A DNA stretch of 64,000 nucleotides from an uncultured virus (IMG/VR IMGVR_UViG_3300028603_000036) (taxonomy: Duplodnaviria > Heunggongvirae > Uroviricota > Caudoviricetes): the IMG/VR virus record IMGVR_UViG_3300028603_000036, one strand, 5' to 3'. The translations under genes and the position numbers were made by a program. Of this stretch, positions 46,797 through 59,200 are shown piece after piece. The notes beneath the pieces are model-generated. The model was given only the letters and a program-made list of their open reading frames with translations, ran no database searches and had not been told where the DNA came from. Position 1 is the stretch's first letter. Every line of letters begins with the position of its first letter.

Positions 46797-47279
46797 ATGC
46801 CGCTGACCTGGACACCTGACCCCGCTACCGTGCCATGGCATGACGTACAGGCTGATGAGGTCTGGACGGAAGGCCCGATAACCGCCGTAGACCCAGAGGC
46901 GCTTCTGACTGTCGTGGGGTACTCCTGCGAGATAGTCGGGCCGGAGCCGCTGGAAGGCTTGGTGGTGGATGCTGGCGCAGCAGGCGTTACGCTGTCTGCG
47001 CCGAATACTCTGGCCCATGTGTTCCCTCCTGTGGAAATCGAATATCAGATACAGGGCGTCACGGGGTTCTGCGCCAACTTCGATGAGCTGCCCGAAGAGG
47101 CCGATGAGGTGATCCGCTATATCCCGAATCCGGCCAACACGAAAGACTGGACGATTCGCGTAAGCGCGAAGTGCAGCGACGGCTCAACGCACACCGGGGA
47201 TTTTGTGCTGCGCGTTTGGGCGAACTTCGACCCAGGCCGCGACCAACTCAAGGAGGCCGTCAATGCCCGCCGTCGCTAG
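46797..47279 (+). CDS. hypothetical virion protein
   Basis: Between spike and PAAR genes. Confidence 0.6.
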   Translation: MPLTWTPDPATVPWHDVQADEVWTEGPITAVDPEALLTVVGYSCEIVGPEPLEGLVVDAGAAGVTLSAPNTLAHVFPPVEIEYQIQGVTGFCANFDELPEEADEVIRYIPNPANTKDWTIRVSAKCSDGSTHTGDFVLRVWANFDPGRDQLKEAVNARRR

Positions 47280-47550
47280 ATTTGGTGATACCTGCACCGG
47301 ACACGGCTGCTTTCCCGCGCGCGCCAATGATGAGGCGTCCGCCAACGTGTTCGTGAATGGTCTGGGCGCCCACCGGCAGGGCGATCACTGGGTAACGCAC
47401 TGCTGCGGCCCGTCGTGCCACGATTCTGCCCTGGCGTCCGGCTCCAGCACCGTGTTCGTGAACGGCAAGCCCCTGGGCCGTATAGGCGACTCGGTGGCAT
47501 GTGGCAGCGCCGTAGCCACCGGCTCCGGTAACGTGTTCGCTGGTGGCTGA
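47263..47550 (+). CDS. PAAR spike-tip protein
   Basis: MPAVARFGD..H, VFVNG, GRIGD..CG. Confidence 0.92.
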   Translation: MPAVARFGDTCTGHGCFPARANDEASANVFVNGLGAHRQGDHWVTHCCGPSCHDSALASGSSTVFVNGKPLGRIGDSVACGSAVATGSGNVFAGG

Positions 47551-47556
47551 CCTGCC

Positions 47557-47597
47557 GGAAAACCGGGCGGCTCCGGGCGGGGCCAGGCTCCCATAAT
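47557..47597 (+). promoter_or_regulatory. late promoter motif 5
   Basis: GGAAAA-N29-CATAAT. Confidence 0.75.
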
Positions 47598-47625
47598 GCC
47601 TTCAGTCTGATTATCTGGGGGCAAC

Positions 47626-48114
47626 ATGAAAAACCTACTGTTTAGTTTTGAAGACCTTTCGACCAAGGATAAGGCCGTCAAGCAGGCCGCCCGCTACTTT
47701 TCCCGCGCGGGCGCGAACGTCGTTCAGCAAGAGGTTATCCCGACCGTCAAACGCACTTCCGGTATCTCGTACCGTGAAATGGCGCTGACTTTCGCGGACT
47801 CCCAGCGCGTCCTGCTGCGCATCAAGCAGTCCGGCGACATATTCCAGGTGGTGCTGAACGGCAAGCCTCTGCCGATCAAGAGCCAGGACGATCACGTCAA
47901 GGCCATCGCCGAAATCGTGAAGGCTATGGATGCGGGCCGCTCCCGGTTCCAGAAGCTGATGGCCGCCGCCAAGGTTCGCCCGCCGGTGGGCATTCGCACT
48001 GCCGCCCCGCGCATGGAGCAGGTGCTGACCGAAAAGCGCGACGCTCTGCGCAGCGCCATTGATGATGTTCGCCAGCAGATAGCGTCCTTGAGGGGCGCGG
48101 CAGCGGCAGCATGA
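47626..48114 (+). CDS. DarA-related (Hdf-like) protein
   Basis: KRTSGI..FADSQ..GDIFQVVLNGK resembles the DarA N-terminal domain; next to DarA-like gene. Confidence 0.65.
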   Translation: MKNLLFSFEDLSTKDKAVKQAARYFSRAGANVVQQEVIPTVKRTSGISYREMALTFADSQRVLLRIKQSGDIFQVVLNGKPLPIKSQDDHVKAIAEIVKAMDAGRSRFQKLMAAAKVRPPVGIRTAAPRMEQVLTEKRDALRSAIDDVRQQIASLRGAAAAA

Positions 48115-48302
48115 TGACGGCTGAAAAAATCGCCCGGCGGCTGCGCGAAGTGGCTGCCGAAATGGAGCAGTTGGGCGCGGCCATGGACTATTACGGCGGG
48201 TTCAATGGCCGCATGGCGCGCCATGGCCGGGAAATGGTTGGCGCTGCCGGAATTGCCCGTGATTGGGCTGAAGAAATCGAGTCCGCCAAGACGGGCGAGT
48301 AG
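48111..48302 (+). CDS. small hypothetical protein
   Basis: ATGA overlap. Confidence 0.55.
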   Translation: MMTAEKIARRLREVAAEMEQLGAAMDYYGGFNGRMARHGREMVGAAGIARDWAEEIESAKTGE

Positions 48303-48303
48303 C

Positions 48304-48344
48304 GGAAAAAGCAGCCCTTTTCCTGCGATGCCCAGCCATACCAT
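48304..48344 (+). promoter_or_regulatory. late promoter motif 6
   Basis: GGAAAA-N29-TACCAT; ATG at 48351. Confidence 0.75.
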
Positions 48345-48350
48345 GCCTGC

Positions 48351-51300
48351 ATGGACAATCTATTTACTCATATCGAGAACGCCGCTCACAGCGGGGCTTT
48401 TGGGGATAACGACCTTCCCAGGCCCAGCGAGGCAGAGTGTGCCGCCGGTAACTACAAGGTAGGGCGGGCCAGCTTCCACGGCCTTCCGGTAGCCATCGAG
48501 CAGCCGCGCGGCACGTATCGCACTGGGAAAGACGCCAACGGCAAGTGTTGGGTCAACCGCATGGCCGCGCACTACGGCTACATCAGCGGAACCAAGGGAA
48601 ACGATGGCGACGCGGTGGATTGTTTCATCGGCTTCTACCCGCAATCCGAGCGGGTTTTTGTCATCAACCAGAACATCGGCGGGCGCTTCGATGAGCACAA
48701 GGTAATGCTTGGGTTCCCTGATGAGGATTCCGCGCGCCGGGCCTACCTGGACAGCTATGACAGAGGGTGGAACGGGCTTGCCAGCATCGTTCCGTGCTCA
48801 ATTTCTCAACTCAAGTGGTGGCTCAAGCGTGGTGACACGAGCCGCCCGCTCCGCGACCTCCCACCTGAAGGACTGGAAACCATGACTCGAAAAGTTCAAT
48901 GGAACAACGATGCGCAGCCGCTTGGCAGCACGCTTGACCAAATTCTGTATCAAATTCGTTGCGCGGATGCTGGCGAAGGCTTGCTGATGGACGCGGTGAC
49001 GCCCGAGGAAATAACCGAGGACTCGGACGGCATCCTGACGTTCGACGCCCTCGTGTCGCCCTACGCCCGGCTGGAGCGCAAGATGGAGCTGCTGCGCGGC
49101 ATCATGGAGCGAGCCGGGGATAAGGTAAAGCCGGTCGCCATGCAGATCACCGAGCCGTTCAAGCAGCGCGGCGTGGCCCACGTTGCGGTCATATTCGAGC
49201 TGTCCGACGGCCAGACCGTTTCCATCTACTTTCACAACCCTGACGGGAGTCCGGGCAAGATGGCCCCGACCGATGAGGTTATCTCGTGGAAGTGGCTGCT
49301 GAACAAGAAGGACATCACCATTGTGGTGGCGCCCGAGCGCGGCTCCGACCTGAACGTGCGCGAGGTGGCCCGCCGCATCATGCGCCTGTCCGAGAAGAAC
49401 AGCGCGGCGTTCCAGCGCGTGAATGCCCGTCGCGCCGAGCGTATGGGGGCGATTCAAGCGCTGAAAAATGAAATCAGCGAACTGGAAACCGAATTGGCCT
49501 CTGCGCAGAACGAGCTGGAAGTAGCAAAGGTCGAGGTCGAGGAAGCCAAGAACCGCAAGGCGCGTGATTACGCCGATGCCGTGCGCAAGGTGAGCGCTAT
49601 CAGCGACGCCTACACGCGCGCCACCGAGAATGGCGGCGTAGATCCGACCACGGGCAAGACGGCCAACGAACTGATGGTTGAGATTGATCGGGAATCCGCG
49701 CAGGTGACCCGTCTGAAAGCCATTGCCAATGGCGAAGACCCTGGCCCCGAGGGGCCGCATAAGTCCGTGCTGGTGCTTCAGGCGTTGGTCGCCGACCACG
49801 GCTGGAATCGCATGGGTTCCGATGGCGTGGTGAAGACGTTTGCCGGGCTTGAGACAGCCGGGGAGCTTTCGCCCGACGGTTCGCGCCGTGTGTTTGCCGG
49901 GTATCAGTTCGACGGCGAACGCAGGCGCTACATTTCTGTGTCGTTCGGGGGTGATGAGCTGTTCGACATCGACGGGCGCGACCGTGAGCCTGCCGATATC
50001 GCCCGCGAACTGAATCAGCGTGTTGACGCTTGGGTGGCAAGCCGTCGTGCGGCGCAGAGCCAAGAGGGGCAGGATGGCGGCGAGTCGGACGCCGACCAGC
50101 TTGCTGAAGCCATCAGCAGCAAAGGCGGCGCCAATCGAGAGGCCGTTGATCGCTGGATTGGCCGGTTTGGGGAAGAGGGCGCCCGTGCGCTGGCCCAGTC
50201 GGATTACAGCCGCATGGCTATCTTCAAGATTATCGCCAGCTCCATCAGCCCGAATCGTGAGCTGATGGATGCTGTCAATGCGGACACCGGAATCGCCGCG
50301 TATTGGAGCGCGTCGCCGGAGTCGGTGAAGGCGCTTAGTGCGGAAGCGTTTGCAGCACTACTTGAGTCCGGCCATGAGGATGCCGGTGATCGTTCCCGTG
50401 AATTGGCGTACCTGGTGCTGCGGCACAGCACAAAAAAGGCCGAGCTGGATTATGTCCGGGCCTTGGGCGGTATGAAGAATAGTGCGCGATTCACGACCCA
50501 AGCCGCTGGCGGAAAGCTGTTCAAGATGGTGCAGCCGTACCTGCCGAGCCAGCCCGCACCCGAGAGCGAAGAGGCTACGCCTGATGCCGAGCAGACGGAC
50601 TTGAGCTACCGCAGCGTGGAGGGTGGGTTGTTCACTGCGTTCTTTGCCAACACCCCGGCAGGACAGGAGGCTTGGAACACCATGAACGCCACACAGGGCA
50701 GTGAAAACGGCAAGGTACTGGCTTCGCATACTGATGCGGTCGTCAAGCAGCTACGTGACGCGGGCTACACCGTGGCGGAAGACTCTTCGCCGCTACCGTC
50801 GATTGAAGAGGTCGCCGCCGAGCTTGAGGAATCTTCCCGAGGGCTTGAAGAGCGCCAGCGCGAGCTGATCGACGCCTACATGACCGCCTGGAGCGAAGAG
50901 GCCGAGCAGATCAACGTGGCTGTGGCTTCGGTGAACTGGGATGCCATTGTGGATGGCGAAACGGCAAAGGCCGAAATCGAGCGCCTGCATGCTGCCGTCA
51001 ATACTGACCGGCCCGTGGAAAAGGCCAGCGCGGCGCTGGAGGCCGCCGGTATCAAGACGTGGGATGAACGTCTGTCGGGGCTTGCTGAAACCGACGGATT
51101 CAGGGCGCAGGGCGCTGCCATCGAAGCCTACCGGCAGGCTGTTGACCGGATTCAGGCGGTAGCCAAGGAGAAACTGATTGAGTCGGGCAGGGCGGCCCTG
51201 GCCGGGCTGGATTCCGATACGCCGCTGGTAGACGTAGCGCGCGCGGTGTTCGCCAGCCATGGTATCGACGCTGGCGGCGGTGTTCCGGCGATTGTCCAGG

Positions 51301-53231
51301 CCATCGAAGGCAAGGACGTTGACTGGGCCTGGGGCTTTCTGCGGAACCTGGAGAACAAGGCCAGCGCCGACATTTTCGAACGCGCCACCGGCATCAAGCT
51401 GGCCGGTACGCAGCGCGAACGCCGCGCGCAGCTCGATGCGTGGGCGGGCATCACGCCAGAGCGCCGCGCAGAGATTGAGGCACAGCGCACCGAACGACGC
51501 GAACGTGAGAAGCGCGAAGATAGTCTGAAATGGGCTTGGCGCGACCTTGAGCACATGAATGTGCGTGTCAATGATGGCTCCGTGAAGAGCGGGCAAGGAT
51601 TCCTGGCGCACATTTTCAACCAGGGGTTCCAAGAGGTAGTCGCGCGCAAGCGTGGTGCTGCGACAGCTTATTACGCCAGCAACGGCGACAGCTTTACCGG
51701 CTTGCGTAACAAGGCATTCAACGGGTTCATGAAGGCCGCGCTGGCCTATGGCGGACTGCGCCAAGCCCTGGAGCTTGTGGGCGGAATTGAGTCGCCGGAG
51801 AGCGCAGGGCAGCCGGGTGAAGGCGAAATGAGCGATGCGGACAAGATCGCCGCCGTGGATGCCGCATACCAGTTTGAGGGGGCAACGGAAGGATTCAAGC
51901 TCTGGCTGCATTCCTCCTTGAACGATGAGGAATATTCCCCGTTCGTGACTGCAAAGGCCATGGATACCGCCGTCAAGGCGCATGGCGCTTCGGTCGATTG
52001 GGCGCTTGCAGCAGGCGCGGCCATGGACGACACCGGCGCTGCGGTCGTGGCCCTTGAGCAGTCTCTGGCGGTGCTGGAGAACAATGAGCCGATCAATCGC
52101 GCCGAGGGCAACGACGAGCAGGCCGACTTGGAGGCGCACACTGCCGCCAGCATCCGCGAGGCCATCGAAGAGCTGTCCGAGGACGAGTATTCGCCCAGCG
52201 AAGAGGAAATGGGCGGCACGTTCGACCCCGAGACGGAAGTGGCAACCATGGACAGCGCCGAAGAAGCCGGAGAGCGGCCAGTGGCCGCGCTTCTGGAGTC
52301 GTTGCGGGCATTTCTGGGTCATTCGGCCACGCTTGACGCCGCCAGCAGCGCCAGCCATGTCGGCGTCATCAAACAGGACGGAAAGGTTATGGGCCGTATC
52401 GACATTGCCGGTGATGGAAAGGCCATGATTTACGTCGGGGAATCCGGCGATGAGCGCGTGAAAGACAGCGAGGGGCAGCCGTTCATGTATTCCGAGGATG
52501 ACGCTGAAAGGATGGTGGCGGCGCTACTCGCGGCCAAGCAGGAGCCGGATGCCGCGCCTTCTGCGGAATCGACGGGCCGGGAGAAAACCCGCGCGGACGC
52601 GCTCAAGGTGCTGACTGATACCGGCATGAACAAATGGATGTCCGAGGCCCAGAACAAGGCCGTTATCGACGGCCTGATGGGCGAAGAGTGGCAGTTCTTC
52701 GCTGACAAGATGAAAGAGCTTGCCGCCACTATCGCCAGCATGCCGAAGACCTATGACCAGGACGGCAAGGGCGAAGAGGCAATCGCGCATCTGCACTATT
52801 TCAGGGGTTCCGGCGACTGGTACATCACCGAGAAGGACATGGAGGGCGTAGGCACCGAGCAAGCCTTTGGCCTGGCCGACCTGTACGGCGATGGCGGAGA
52901 GCTTGGGTATATCAGCATCCAGGAGCTGCGCGAAGCTGGCGTGGAGCTGGACTTCCATTTCACGCCGAAGGCCGTGCGCGAAGTGCGCAAGAAGCCTGCC
53001 GAAACTGCGCCGCCTGCTGGTGGCGAGCCTGACGAAAAGCAGGTTGATCGCTCGCTGTTTCAGTCGGTGATCGACGGCACAGCCCCGAACATGCTGGCTC
53101 CCGAACTGGCCGACGAGCTGGAAATAGCCTATCTGCGCAACCAGAGCGACCCCGAGCTGGCGGCGCTGTTCGAGCAAGCCGTTATCGCCTACCAGGCCGC
53201 CATGATGGCAGCCACGTCCAGCCTTGCGTAA
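48351..53231 (+). CDS. DarA-like polyvalent protein (InPase-like, DarA_N, DUF2958-like domains)
   Basis: GNYK..HYGYI..DGDAVD..FDEHKVMLG; FELSDGQTVSIYFHNPD..WLLNKKDIT; HLHYF..DWYITE..ELGYISI. Confidence 0.75.
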   Translation: MDNLFTHIENAAHSGAFGDNDLPRPSEAECAAGNYKVGRASFHGLPVAIEQPRGTYRTGKDANGKCWVNRMAAHYGYISGTKGNDGDAVDCFIGFYPQSERVFVINQNIGGRFDEHKVMLGFPDEDSARRAYLDSYDRGWNGLASIVPCSISQLKWWLKRGDTSRPLRDLPPEGLETMTRKVQWNNDAQPLGSTLDQILYQIRCADAGEGLLMDAVTPEEITEDSDGILTFDALVSPYARLERKMELLRGIMERAGDKVKPVAMQITEPFKQRGVAHVAVIFELSDGQTVSIYFHNPDGSPGKMAPTDEVISWKWLLNKKDITIVVAPERGSDLNVREVARRIMRLSEKNSAAFQRVNARRAERMGAIQALKNEISELETELASAQNELEVAKVEVEEAKNRKARDYADAVRKVSAISDAYTRATENGGVDPTTGKTANELMVEIDRESAQVTRLKAIANGEDPGPEGPHKSVLVLQALVADHGWNRMGSDGVVKTFAGLETAGELSPDGSRRVFAGYQFDGERRRYISVSFGGDELFDIDGRDREPADIARELNQRVDAWVASRRAAQSQEGQDGGESDADQLAEAISSKGGANREAVDRWIGRFGEEGARALAQSDYSRMAIFKIIASSISPNRELMDAVNADTGIAAYWSASPESVKALSAEAFAALLESGHEDAGDRSRELAYLVLRHSTKKAELDYVRALGGMKNSARFTTQAAGGKLFKMVQPYLPSQPAPESEEATPDAEQTDLSYRSVEGGLFTAFFANTPAGQEAWNTMNATQGSENGKVLASHTDAVVKQLRDAGYTVAEDSSPLPSIEEVAAELEESSRGLEERQRELIDAYMTAWSEEAEQINVAVASVNWDAIVDGETAKAEIERLHAAVNTDRPVEKASAALEAAGIKTWDERLSGLAETDGFRAQGAAIEAYRQAVDRIQAVAKEKLIESGRAALAGLDSDTPLVDVARAVFASHGIDAGGGVPAIVQAIEGKDVDWAWGFLRNLENKASADIFERATGIKLAGTQRERRAQLDAWAGITPERRAEIEAQRTERREREKREDSLKWAWRDLEHMNVRVNDGSVKSGQGFLAHIFNQGFQEVVARKRGAATAYYASNGDSFTGLRNKAFNGFMKAALAYGGLRQALELVGGIESPESAGQPGEGEMSDADKIAAVDAAYQFEGATEGFKLWLHSSLNDEEYSPFVTAKAMDTAVKAHGASVDWALAAGAAMDDTGAAVVALEQSLAVLENNEPINRAEGNDEQADLEAHTAASIREAIEELSEDEYSPSEEEMGGTFDPETEVATMDSAEEAGERPVAALLESLRAFLGHSATLDAASSASHVGVIKQDGKVMGRIDIAGDGKAMIYVGESGDERVKDSEGQPFMYSEDDAERMVAALLAAKQEPDAAPSAESTGREKTRADALKVLTDTGMNKWMSEAQNKAVIDGLMGEEWQFFADKMKELAATIASMPKTYDQDGKGEEAIAHLHYFRGSGDWYITEKDMEGVGTEQAFGLADLYGDGGELGYISIQELREAGVELDFHFTPKAVREVRKKPAETAPPAGGEPDEKQVDRSLFQSVIDGTAPNMLAPELADELEIAYLRNQSDPELAALFEQAVIAYQAAMMAATSSLA

Positions 53232-53243
53232 GGAAAAGAGAAA

Positions 53244-56200
53244 ATGCTGAACCGAAATTCCCTTGATGATGCGGCTGGCGGTGTGCTGGCCCGCTTGAAG
53301 CTGGTGGGGGAGCTGGCCCGAATCAAGGGCGAACTGAATGATGTAGGCGCGGGGCCGGTCGCGGCCATGAAGCGCCTGAAGCTGGTTTCGCGCGCGAACC
53401 AGATCCGTGCGTCGCTTGGCGCGGCAGCACCCCAGGCGAGCGCAGCACCAGAAGCTGCGCCGGTGGCGGAGCCGCAGGCCGCTGCCGCCCCTGAACCGCA
53501 GCCAGAAGGCGGCCCCGAAGAGGTGCTGGAGCCGCGCAACCAGACTGCGCAGTATTACGAGTTCGACCCGAACCGAAAGCCAGCGCAGCGCAAGAAGGAC
53601 AACGCCGAGGCCATGGCGCTGCTGGCGCGCATCGACGCGGGCGAGGTGGCCGCGTCCAGCCTGACGCCAGAGGAAAAGCTGGCCCTGGCGAAATACTCCG
53701 GCACCGGCGGCGCGCTGATCGGCGCAGACGGCAAGAAGGGAAGCGCCTACGAGTATTACACTCCCAAGCCGATTGCCGAAGGCATTTGGTCGCTCATGGA
53801 GGAGCTGGGCTTTGCTGGCGGAAAGGTGCTTGACCCGTGCGCGGGCGTGGGCATCTTTGGTGCCACCGCGCCGCTGAACGCCGCCATCGACGCCGTGGAG
53901 CTGAACGAGACTTCGGGCCGTATCAATGGCCTGGTGAACGCTGGCCCAGGCTACAGCGCCACGGTAGCACCATTTGAGCGAGTGGCCGCCGCCACGCCCG
54001 ATGAGCAGTACGACGCCGTGGTGACGAACGTGCCGTTTGGTGGCGTGGCTGACCGGGGCGGAAACCAATTGCTGGATGACCGATACCAGAAAGAGCCGCT
54101 GCAAAACTATTTCATTCTGCGGACGCTTGAGAAGCTGAAGCCCGGCGGCCTGGCCGTGTTCATCACGCCGCCCCGATGCGTTACCGGCAAGGGTGGCAAG
54201 GAAGAAGAGCTGCGCGTGAAGGCCAGCTACATGGCCGAGTTCCTGGGAGCGTACCGATTGCCGAATGCCGTGTTCGGCACGGCCAGCGCGGACACAATGA
54301 CCGACGTGATCGCGTTCCGCAAATACAGCCGCGAAGCCCTGGACAAGATCGCCGAATTGCGGGAGCAGTCGCCCAAGGCGCTGGTGGAGGCCAATGTGCA
54401 GTGGCAGCCGTTCGTCAACGGTCGCTACTTCGACGGCGAGGGCAAGCGGTTCATCCTGGGCGACTTCGTACCGAAAGACCCCAACAAGTTCCGCGACGTT
54501 GACCGCGTGGTGACGCGCCAGCCCATTGCCGAGATTGCCCGGATGCTCAAGCGCTTCCCCGGCTCGCGTGTGGACTGGGAAATGCTGGGAACAGTCGAAA
54601 CCACGCCCATCGTGTACCGCGACGGCGACACCATCACGCAATCTGGGCAGACCCTGCAAATGCAGGATGGCCGGTGGGTTCCCATGGCTCGCACCGAGAG
54701 TAGCGCCAGCATGGCGGAACTGGTCGGCAAGCTGGCAACGCCTTACTCCGCGTTCGAGGGCCGCGTACAGTGGGCCGACGCCGTGCAGTGCGTCGAGCAC
54801 ATGATTGAAACGTCGCAGTCGCTCGATATTCCCGCGTGGCTGCGCGGCGCGGTCGCGGAAATCCGTCACCTGAAGGATGAGGGCCAGAGGGCGCAGTTCT
54901 GGAATGCGGGCATCGTCGGTATGGCCGCCGACCAGGTGTTTGAAGAGCGCATGGGTGAAGAAACCGGCGTGAACTTCGCCGAAGAATACCCGGCGTTGTC
55001 TGATGCCATGCAGCGCGTGTCTGTTGCGGCCAGGAAGCGACCGGCGGCCATCGGCGGCAAGCTGCGCGACGGCCTGGCTTTCATCGGCAACCACTACCAG
55101 AAGAAAACCGGCTTTTCTGCCGTCTGGCGGGGCGACGTGCGGCAGGAAGCGCCTACGGTCGAGATTACTGCCGACGCCAGCTTTGAAGGGCTGCGCTACA
55201 AAACGAAATCTATCTGGGTGAGCATGGAGGATGCGCGCGCCATCTACGGCGACGGGTTCGACCCATACGCCGATGCTGACTGGTGCGTTTCGCCCGACGG
55301 CAAGAGCGTCACGCGCGCCGATGACTATTACATCGGCAACTATGCCGAGTTCCTGCGCCGCGTGGATGCCGACATTGCCAGCGCGGAGAACGAGGACATC
55401 CGGGCCAAGCTGCTGCGCCAGAAGATCGACGCCGAAAGCCGAATCGACAGGGTGGACGTATCCAAGCTGTCGTTCAACCTGTTCAGCCCGCATGTCACGC
55501 ATGAGGAAAAGGCCGAGTTCCTGCGCCGCTTCGTGCATCCGTCCGCCGCTGTTGTGTACGACGAAAAAACCGGCGTAAAGCGCGTGGACATCGACGTGCC
55601 GGGCAGCAGGCTGACAGACCGTGAAAAGCTGCTGAATCGCATTGGCGACTACCTGAAGAACGGCACGATCACGCTGGGCGGGGCCAAGCTGGATATGCCG
55701 GATGCCCAGGCGCTGCAAGAGCTGCGTCGCATGGTGAATACCGCCAATGAGCAGTTCAACGGCTGGGCGCGCGGCAACCGTGCCGTTATCTCGCGCCTGG
55801 AGGCGACCGCCTCTGACCCGGAGCGCCTGCGCTTCCGGCAAGTTGAGGATGAAGCGCCCATGCCGATACCGGGCATGAGCGAGGGGTTGACCCTGCACGG
55901 CTACCAGAACGCCTATGTGCGCAAGACCAGCCGGGAGTTCGGCGGAATCAACGGGTTTGGCGTGGGCCTGGGCAAAACCTTCACTGCGCTGGCCGCTACG
56001 CAGTACGCGCAGAGCATCGGCGTCAAGAAGAAAACGCTGTTCGTCGTTCCCAACTCCGTGCTGTCCAACTGGCGCAAGGAGGCCATGCGGGCCTATTCCA
56101 GCACGGACGATTGCCTGTTTGTGGGCCTGCGCATTGCCAAGGATGGGCGCGCCACGATCAGTTCCAGCAACTTCGACGCCGACCTGACTGCGGTGATGGA

Positions 56201-59200
56201 GAACCGGCACAGCAAGATTTTCATGACGCTGGAGGCGTTCGAGCGCATCCGCATGCGTGATGAGACGATCAGCGAGTACGAGGCGTTCATGCGCCGGGCT
56301 GACGCCAGTTTCTCGGAGAGCATGGACAAGAAGGAAGACGAGCGCGCCAAGAGCAAGCAAGCGGGCCTACTGTCCATCCTGTCGGACAAGCGTGGCAGCG
56401 CCCCCTACATCGAGGACATGGGCGTGGATAGCGTCGTCTTCGATGAGGCCCACGTTTTCAAGAACTCCGCGCAGACCGTGGACTTCAAAGGGGCCAAGTT
56501 CCTTTCGATGTCGCCAGCATCCAAGCGTGGCATCGACGCCCAGGCCAAAGCATGGTTCATTCGCGGGCAATCCCCGCTGAAGGACGGCGTTCTGATGCTG
56601 ACGGCAACGCCGATCACGAACAGCCCACTGGAAATGTACGCCATGCTGTCGCTGGCCGTCGGCCATGAGCGCGTGAACGACCTTTGCCTGGGCATCAAGG
56701 GCGCCGACAACTTCATGGAAATGATGTGCATCAAGGAGAACCAGGACGATGTGACCATGGACGGCGTGGCGCGCACCACCGATGTCTTTGTCGGCCTGAA
56801 TAACGTCGGGGTGCTCCGCAAGTCCATCGGTGAGGTGGCGACCATCAAGAGCGCGGCTGACGTTGGCGGGCAGATCATTGTGCCGGAGCGTGAGGAAAAG
56901 CCCACGCCCGTCACGTTGCCTGATGCCGTGGTGGAACGTCTGAAGCTCTACAAGAGCGCCTTCCGATACGCCATTGATGAGCTGGCCGAGAAGTCGCCGA
57001 ACCGTGGCGACCCGGAAGCCTACGACCAGGTTGCCCAGCACTTCGGCGAAGAGCTGAACCTGATTGGGCATCCTTTCAACCTCATCAATAAGATGACCAT
57101 GCTCATTGCTGACCCAGAGCTTGACCAGCGGGCCAGTTTTTATAGCTACCTGTCCACCCAGGCGGACAAGGCCAAGCAGGCCATCGAGCAGTTCAACGCC
57201 CGCAAGATCACCGAGGAACGCCCCCGGCCCGGCCCGATGACGGATGAAAGCGCCATTGTCGGGAAGAAAAAGGTGAAGGACTCCGGCGGCAACGAAACCG
57301 AACTGCTGAAGATCGAGGTGCGGGCAAGGGCCATTGATGGCGGGCGCGTGGTGATCGACAGCATTGACCCGGACGTGCAGAGCGCATTCGAGGCTATCGC
57401 GGACAAGATCGGCCTTGACCTGGACGTGTCCGTGCCGCCCAAGCTGGCCGCCATGCTCGAAAACTTCCAGAACGAGCAGGCCAGTCCGCGTGGCATCGAC
57501 GCCAGCGGCAAGGCGACCAGCGTGGTCAAGCAGATCGTGTTTTGCGACATCCTGCCGCTGCACAACAAGATCAAGCGCCTTTTGACGCGCCGTGCCGGTG
57601 TGCCAAGCAGCGCCATTGCCATTATCACGGGCCGCACCAACAACACGCCGGACGAAATCCTGGCCGTTCAGGACGGCTTCAACGGCGTGGGCGAGGACAG
57701 CAAGTATCAGACGGTGATCGCCAACGAAAAGGCGGAAGTCGGTATCAACCTTCAGAAAGGAACGCAAGCGATTCACCACCTGACCATCGGATGGACGCCG
57801 GACAGTCTGGAGCAGCGCAACGGGCGCGGTGTTCGGCAGGGCAACGCGACCGAGCGAGTGAATCTCTACTATTACGATGCTGACGGCACCTTTGACACCA
57901 GCAAGCGTTCCATGGTGAACAAGAAGGCTGACTGGATTGGGCAGGTTATGGACGTGAACGGAACCGGCAGCGTGTCCGTGGCTGGCGGGCTGTCCAGGGA
58001 GCAGATGGAAGCACTCATTGATGTGGTGGGCGACGTTGACGCCATGCGCCGGATGCAGGAGACGATTGCCGCCAAAGAGGCCGAATCGCGGGCCTCCAAC
58101 AACCGCGACCGGCAAATGATCAACCTGGATACCATCCGCAAGCAAAATACCTTCCTGAACGACAACCGGGCTGCCGATAGTTTCGTGATTCGCAAGATCA
58201 TCGGCCTGTTCGGGCTGGAAAGGCAGGCCGACAAGCTGCGGGATCGTATTGCCAACCCGAAGGCAACGGCTACCGCTGTTGCCCGCAATGAAAGCCTGCT
58301 GGCCGAGCTGATGGCAAGCATAGGCGGCCTGCGGCGCCAGATCGAGGAATCGGCCACGCTGCACCGCTCGCAATGGAGCGGAGGCGGGCAAACCAGGGAG
58401 CCTGCGACTCTGGATAGCTTCTTTGCTGCTGTGCGTAGCGGTAAGAAGCAGAAGGACGATGATATTGAGGCCATGCTGCGCGGGCGCTCTTACCCGTCGT
58501 TCGGGCTTGAGATTGTCGAGGGCGGCCCGATCACCAACGAATGGCAGGCTGAAGTCGATATGGCGGAATCCATGATCGAAGAGGCCAAGGCCGCGTTCGC
58601 CCGCCAAGCCGAGGAAGCGGGTGGATACCCCGCTGACGTGGCCGAAGCCATTGCCCGAGGCGATGGGGTTGTCTACAACGGCAAGCCGCTGACTCACGGC
58701 ACGTTTGTGCGCGTGGCTGGTGGGCTGGCGGTGCTGGCGCTTGAGAATGGCCGCCCGCGCGCCTTCGGTCGATCTATGGACGGCTCTCCGCTGGCGGCGG
58801 ATACGTCGGCAGTTATGGCCGGGGAGTGGATCTATCGTGGCACGGCTGGCTACGACTCGTGCCTGACGGACGCGGCGCAGATCGAAGACATAATCAACGG
58901 CGATGGCCGGATTGAAAACGGCTTCAATACGGTCGTGCCGGAGGTGGCGCAGCGCCGTAAGGTGGAGGCGCTGGCCGCTTATCGGGTGTTCGAGTATCGC
59001 TTGCCGCAGCCGTACTTCCCGTATGTGGTTGTGCCGACAGATGCCGACAAGTCGGAGGTGCAGCGCAGCATCTTTGAGTCGCAGAAGGCCGTGGTTCGGT
59101 CGTTCGATGGGGGCTCTTTCGTCGTGGCGGGCGACGTGGCCGTGGAGCGGGCGAACAGCCGTTCGGATGATCGGTTCAAGCTGCTGCGCGAATACGCTGT

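Noticed and set aside
46376..47550. Spike and PAAR genes as a type VI secretion system
   Set aside because: Embedded among terminase, capsid, portal and lysis genes; no T6SS membrane complex or ClpV.
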